From: a virus
Taxonomy: Duplodnaviria; Heunggongvirae; Uroviricota; Caudoviricetes
Direction: 5' to 3' (one strand)
DNA length: 30,105 bases
Virus record (IMG/VR): IMGVR_UViG_3300006151_000006
Coordinates: 64,001 to 94,105 of that record
Shown: positions 26,313 through 30,105 of the stretch, piece after piece
Layout of the letters: every line of letters begins with the position of its first letter
How positions within the stretch are numbered: the first letter of the stretch is position 1
Position numbers and translations under genes: made by a program
Notes under the pieces: generated by a model
Database searches by the model: none
Seen by the model: only the letters and a program-made list of their open reading frames with translations
Told to the model about the DNA's origin: nothing

Positions 26313-27029
26313 ATGAAAGAATTTTCTGTGTCCGTTAGGAAACTGACGGATGAAGACCTCATGCGGGAAGCGTGTGAGTGCACGTTCTTAGGGAAGAGTC
26401 ACCAGTCACTCCTTTCTATCTACAAATCGGAACACTCGCCAGCTCGAACACAAATGTTCTGGATAAAGCTGGACAGAATCCCCTTATTTATTGCAACACA
26501 CCTATTACGCCACCATGTAGGTTCAATCCCATTCCAGCTAACTTGTCGTGATGACCGAGAGGGTGGCAACCCCGGTCTTATTGCCAAAATTGACGCGATA
26601 AATGAGAAGCTGGCAATGTTGTTGTCTATGATTAACAATGCCAGCTATGGCACTCAGGAAGACCTTATTAGGTCTATAATTTCTGAATGCGATTGGCTGA
26701 AAGAGAACGCAGATCGTTACACCCCAGTAAATTTGGGTCTATGTCTTAATGCTCAGGCATTATTGGATATGTCAAAGTTACGACTCTGCACAGGTTGCGC
26801 ACATCGTGAAACTGTCATCGTCTTTCAAGCGATTAAGGCAAAAGTTGCTGAGGTTGACCCAGAACTTGCATCATTAATGGTGCGGAAATGTGTCTATCGA
26901 AATGGACTTTGTGGAGAACCCCGCTGCTGCGGATTTAACCACTCGCCAGCTTTTAAAGCTGAATTGACTGACTATCTCCAGTATTTCTCGTCTAAACAAA
27001 AAGGATTGCTCCATGAAAACAGTAATTAA
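26313..27029 (+). CDS. thyX: ThyX-like flavin-dependent thymidylate synthase (phage type)
   Basis: EHSP, RHH...TCR, NAQAL..SKLRLC..A..ET, and C-terminal CVYRNGLCGE..CCG motifs. ATG at 26313 preferred. Confidence 0.75.
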   Translation: MKEFSVSVRKLTDEDLMREACECTFLGKSHQSLLSIYKSEHSPARTQMFWIKLDRIPLFIATHLLRHHVGSIPFQLTCRDDREGGNPGLIAKIDAINEKLAMLLSMINNASYGTQEDLIRSIISECDWLKENADRYTPVNLGLCLNAQALLDMSKLRLCTGCAHRETVIVFQAIKAKVAEVDPELASLMVRKCVYRNGLCGEPRCCGFNHSPAFKAELTDYLQYFSSKQKGLLHENSN

Positions 27030-29214
27030 GCGAGATGGCCGCTCTGTGCCATTCGACCATACACGAATCGACCGCGCTATATTAGCAGCAATGAAAGAGG
27101 TCGGTACAATAGATTCTGATTTTGCTCTTGACATCGCAATACAGATAGGTGACAAATGCCCTGCTTCAATCACCGTAGAAGAAATTCAGGACTTGGTAGA
27201 AGAAGCTCTGATGGCATCCCCTTACAAAGATGTTGCTCGTGCTTATATCTGTTATCGTGACAACCGCAAGAAGGCTCGTAACAGAGAAAGCGACCAAACT
27301 ATACTAAGCATCATCAACGCAGAGCACAATGACATCACACGCGAGAACGCCAATATGAATACCGACTCGCCGGCAGGCATGATGATGAAGTTTGCAAGCG
27401 AGACCACGAAACCGTTTGTCGACGACTATCTGTTGTCGGAAGAAGCGCGTGAAGCTGTCAACAACAACTATCTGCACATACACGACAAGGATTACTATCC
27501 GACAAAGTCGCTCACCTGCGTCCAGCATCCTCTGGATCGGATATTGCGTCATGGCTTTACCGCAGGCCACGGCGAATCCCGGCCTGCAAAACGCATCGAG
27601 ACGGCCAGCATAATAGGCTGCATATCGCTCGAAACTGCCCAGAACGAAATGCACGGCGGCCAGGCCATTCCCGCGTTTGATTTCTATCTGGCACCGTTTG
27701 TGCGCAGCTCTTACATTGAAGAGGTGAAAAATCTGGAAAATCTGACTGGCCAGGATTTAAGTCATCTGTATAATGCCGAGATCAGCGATTTTGATAAAAA
27801 GCCGCTGGACGGTCTTCAGGGTGACGAAAGATTCCTGCAGCATGCCATAAACCGTACCACCTCACGTGTGCATCAGGCCATGGAAGCATTCATACACAAC
27901 ATGAACACCATCCATTCCCGTGGCGGCAACCAGGTGGTGTTCAGCTCGATCAACTACGGCACCGACACTTCGGCCGAGGGCCGCTGCATAATCCGCGAAC
28001 TGTTGCTTTCCACATACGAAGGGGTGGGCAATGGAGCCACCGCCATATTCCCCATACAGATATGGAAGAAAAAACGTGGGGTAAGCTATCTTCCCGGCGA
28101 CCGCAACTACGATCTTTATCAGCTTGCCTGTAAAGTTACCGCGAGGAGGTTTTTTCCTAACTTTGTGAATCTTGACGCCACGTTCAACCGTCATGAAAAA
28201 TGGGATGCCAATGATCCCCGGCGCTATGAATATGAGGTCGCGACTATGGGTTGCCGTACCCGTGTGTTTGAAAACCGCTATGGTGAAAAAACATCTGTGG
28301 GCCGTGGCAACATCTCATTCTCCACAATCAATATAGTGCGCATTGCCATCGAGCTGATGGGCATACAGGACAAGGAAGAGAGGATACACCGCTTCTTCCG
28401 CAAACTCGACGAGATACTTGACGTGACCGCCAGGCAGCTGTGCGACCGTTATGACTTTCAGAAAACTGCTCTTGCCAAGCAGTTCCCGCTCCTGATGTCG
28501 CGTCTGTGGAACGGAGCCGACACGCTTGGTCCCAACGACACCATCGAGTCTGTCATAAATCAGGGCACACTCGGAATCGGATTTATCGGTCTTGCCGAAT
28601 GTCTGGTAGCTCTTATCGGACAACACCATGGCGAAAGCGACGAAGCACAGGCGCTCGGCCTGCGTATTGTCAGCCACATGCGATCACGGGCCAACGAGTT
28701 CTCTGAACGCTATAATCACATTTTCCCGGTGCTTGCCCCTCCGGCCGAAGGCCTTGCCGGACGGTTCACCCGGCGCGACCGCAAATCATTCGGACAGCTC
28801 TCCGGCATCACCGATCGTGAATACTATACTAATTCCAACCATGTGCCTGTCTATTACCACTGTTCGCCGCGACACAAAGCCATTATCGAGGCTCCGTATC
28901 ACGAACTCACGCGTGGCGGCCATATTTTCTATGTGGAAATAGATGGCGATGCCACTCACAATCCTGAGGCCATTGCCGACATCGTGGATCTGATGGACAA
29001 ACACAATATAGGCTACTGTTCGGTAAACCATAATCGCAACCGCTGCATGTCATGCGGCTACGAGGATGCTTCGGCCGAACTCACCGAATGCCCCAAATGC
29101 CACAGTAATGACATAGACCGTCTGCAGCGCATCACCGGATACCTTGTAGGAACCACTGACCGCTGGAATTCTGCAAAACTTGCGGAACTCAACGACAGGG
29201 TAGTGCATCAATAA
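27013..29214 (+). CDS. nrdD: Anaerobic (class III) ribonucleotide reductase with N-terminal ATP cone
   Basis: VIKRDG ATP cone, ENANMN, HIHD, MGCRT (catalytic Cys), PAE, CxxC/CxxC Zn site and glycyl-radical loop RITGYL. Confidence 0.97.
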   Translation: MKTVIKRDGRSVPFDHTRIDRAILAAMKEVGTIDSDFALDIAIQIGDKCPASITVEEIQDLVEEALMASPYKDVARAYICYRDNRKKARNRESDQTILSIINAEHNDITRENANMNTDSPAGMMMKFASETTKPFVDDYLLSEEAREAVNNNYLHIHDKDYYPTKSLTCVQHPLDRILRHGFTAGHGESRPAKRIETASIIGCISLETAQNEMHGGQAIPAFDFYLAPFVRSSYIEEVKNLENLTGQDLSHLYNAEISDFDKKPLDGLQGDERFLQHAINRTTSRVHQAMEAFIHNMNTIHSRGGNQVVFSSINYGTDTSAEGRCIIRELLLSTYEGVGNGATAIFPIQIWKKKRGVSYLPGDRNYDLYQLACKVTARRFFPNFVNLDATFNRHEKWDANDPRRYEYEVATMGCRTRVFENRYGEKTSVGRGNISFSTINIVRIAIELMGIQDKEERIHRFFRKLDEILDVTARQLCDRYDFQKTALAKQFPLLMSRLWNGADTLGPNDTIESVINQGTLGIGFIGLAECLVALIGQHHGESDEAQALGLRIVSHMRSRANEFSERYNHIFPVLAPPAEGLAGRFTRRDRKSFGQLSGITDREYYTNSNHVPVYYHCSPRHKAIIEAPYHELTRGGHIFYVEIDGDATHNPEAIADIVDLMDKHNIGYCSVNHNRNRCMSCGYEDASAELTECPKCHSNDIDRLQRITGYLVGTTDRWNSAKLAELNDRVVHQ

Positions 29215-29220
29215 CCACAC

Positions 29221-29712
29221 ATGTACGACCATAACACATCTTCTATATTAAGTGTGCTTCAGATCGTGCCGGGAACGTCAGTTGACGGTCCCGGTCTTCG
29301 CACTTCGGTCTACTTGGCCGGATGCACCCACAGATGCCCCGGATGCCATAATCCCGCGTCGTGGGATTTCAATGCAGGAACCCCGATGTCGGTCGATGGG
29401 ATCATGTCGCAGATCATGGCCCACGGTTTCAATGTGACACTTACGGGCGGCGACCCGCTCCAGCACCGGTCTGTAGAAGCACTTCGCCGCCTTGTAAGGG
29501 CTATACGTGCCGAAGGGCTGACTATATGGTGCTATACCGGCCACACATACGATGAGTTACGTGCGATGCCTGATATTGCGGATATTGTGGACTGCTTCGA
29601 AGCCATTGTCGACGGTCCGTATATCGCCGCGCTTCGCGATCCCTCGTTGCCGTTTCGCGGATCCTCCAACCAGCGCATTCTAAGGCCCGACGGTTCCGAA
29701 TGGCATAGATAA
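29221..29712 (+). CDS. nrdG: Anaerobic RNR activating radical-SAM enzyme
   Basis: DGPGLR, CTHRCPGC (CxxxCxxC), GGDP and RGSSNQR motifs; directly after nrdD. Confidence 0.96.
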   Translation: MYDHNTSSILSVLQIVPGTSVDGPGLRTSVYLAGCTHRCPGCHNPASWDFNAGTPMSVDGIMSQIMAHGFNVTLTGGDPLQHRSVEALRRLVRAIRAEGLTIWCYTGHTYDELRAMPDIADIVDCFEAIVDGPYIAALRDPSLPFRGSSNQRILRPDGSEWHR

Positions 29713-29730
29713 CCACATTATAGCCAAATA

Positions 29731-29773
29731 TAAAATCCGGCATGTCATCATGGCATGCCGGATTCGCTTTTTT
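29731..29773. terminator. Bidirectional terminator between nrdG and the convergent peptidase gene
   Basis: Stem aatccggcatg (29734-29744) / catgccggatt (29754-29764), with an A-run on the left and a T-run on the right. Confidence 0.8.
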
Positions 29774-29785
29774 ATCTGTCTGGAT

Positions 29786-30105
29786 TTACTGTTTCTTGGA
29801 ATCTATCTCTTTGAGCAGTTCGTTCACAGCGGTGATCAGCTGGTCGTCAATGCCCGCAGCCAGACGCTCGGGAGTGTTAGCTACTCGGATGTCCGGTTCT
29901 AACTGCTTGTTTTCCAGATAAGAGCCGTCAGGTAGACGGTATCCGATGATGGGAATACCGAAATACATGCTCGGGTCCTGCAGTGTCACCCAATTCACCG
30001 ACGTCATGGTGCCCGGCACAGGCATACCTACGAGTTTGCCTATACCGCGGTGTTTGTAGACCCATGGAGTGCCGTAGGCGTTGCTGTAGTTGGCTTCTCC
30101 CTGTA
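29786..30105 (-). CDS. S41 family (tricorn-like) peptidase, C-terminal fragment; host gene truncated by the window end
   Basis: The minus frame is open to the window end: QGEANYSNAYGTPWVYKHRGIGKLVGMPVPGTMTSVNWVTLQD...FGIP...LEN.QLEPDI. Confidence 0.85.
   Translation of the reverse strand, partial: QGEANYSNAYGTPWVYKHRGIGKLVGMPVPGTMTSVNWVTLQDPSMYFGIPIIGYRLPDGSYLENKQLEPDIRVANTPERLAAGIDDQLITAVNELLKEIDSKKQ

Larger units (their letters stand above)
1..27310 (+). mobile_element. Prophage (partial; contractile-tail Bacteroidales phage). Left part lies outside the window; right boundary is inferred inside nrdD.
   Basis: Contiguous co-oriented sheath/tube/chaperone/baseplate/fibre genes with TAATG-type overlaps, AT-rich T-ending codons, an embedded DGR and thyX. 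Composition shifts at about 27300-27360. The boundary is approximate. Confidence 0.85.

Noticed and set aside
27320-27360. gcg-agaa-cgc mini-palindrome as an att core
   Set aside because: Too short to be meaningful without the partner att site, which is not in this window.
744-29743. Numerous 60-160 aa antisense or nested ORFs in the track
   Set aside because: They lie inside long, motif-bearing + strand genes and show no family features or independent start context.
1-30105. A second DGR target (additional VR)
   Set aside because: I checked the other gene ends and found no further match to the TR or an RVRAV-type terminus. Targets outside the window cannot be excluded.

Overview
About 27.3 kb of an AT-rich Bacteroidales-type contractile-tail (myovirus-like) prophage, all on the + strand, followed by about 2.8 kb of more GC-rich host-like sequence. 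The phage part encodes the end of a tail sheath, a tube, and a tail assembly chaperone with a -1 frameshift extension. It continues through baseplate hub, spike and tail-tip genes, a second tail/baseplate-wedge operon, a terminal fibre and a thyX-like gene. A complete diversity-generating retroelement (DGR) sits inside the tail operon. It has a 110-bp VR at the 3' end of a 2007-aa tail-associated protein, a downstream GC hairpin, an Avd-like gene, a 110-bp TR and a reverse transcriptase. All 16 VR/TR mismatches fall on TR adenines. Highlights: (1) the DGR target appears to carry a CotH-kinase-like domain plus LamG, LRR and Ig modules; (2) the TR is read in frame as the N-terminus of an FVDD-type RT; (3) nrdD looks chimeric, with a phage-like ATP-cone 5' end fused to a host-like remainder, suggesting the prophage integrated in nrdD and rebuilt its 5' end under a phage thyX operon; (4) no tape-measure gene follows the chaperones; (5) a repeated CTATT..ATAAA motif is a candidate phage late promoter. 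Family assignments come from motif recognition by eye; no database searches were run.
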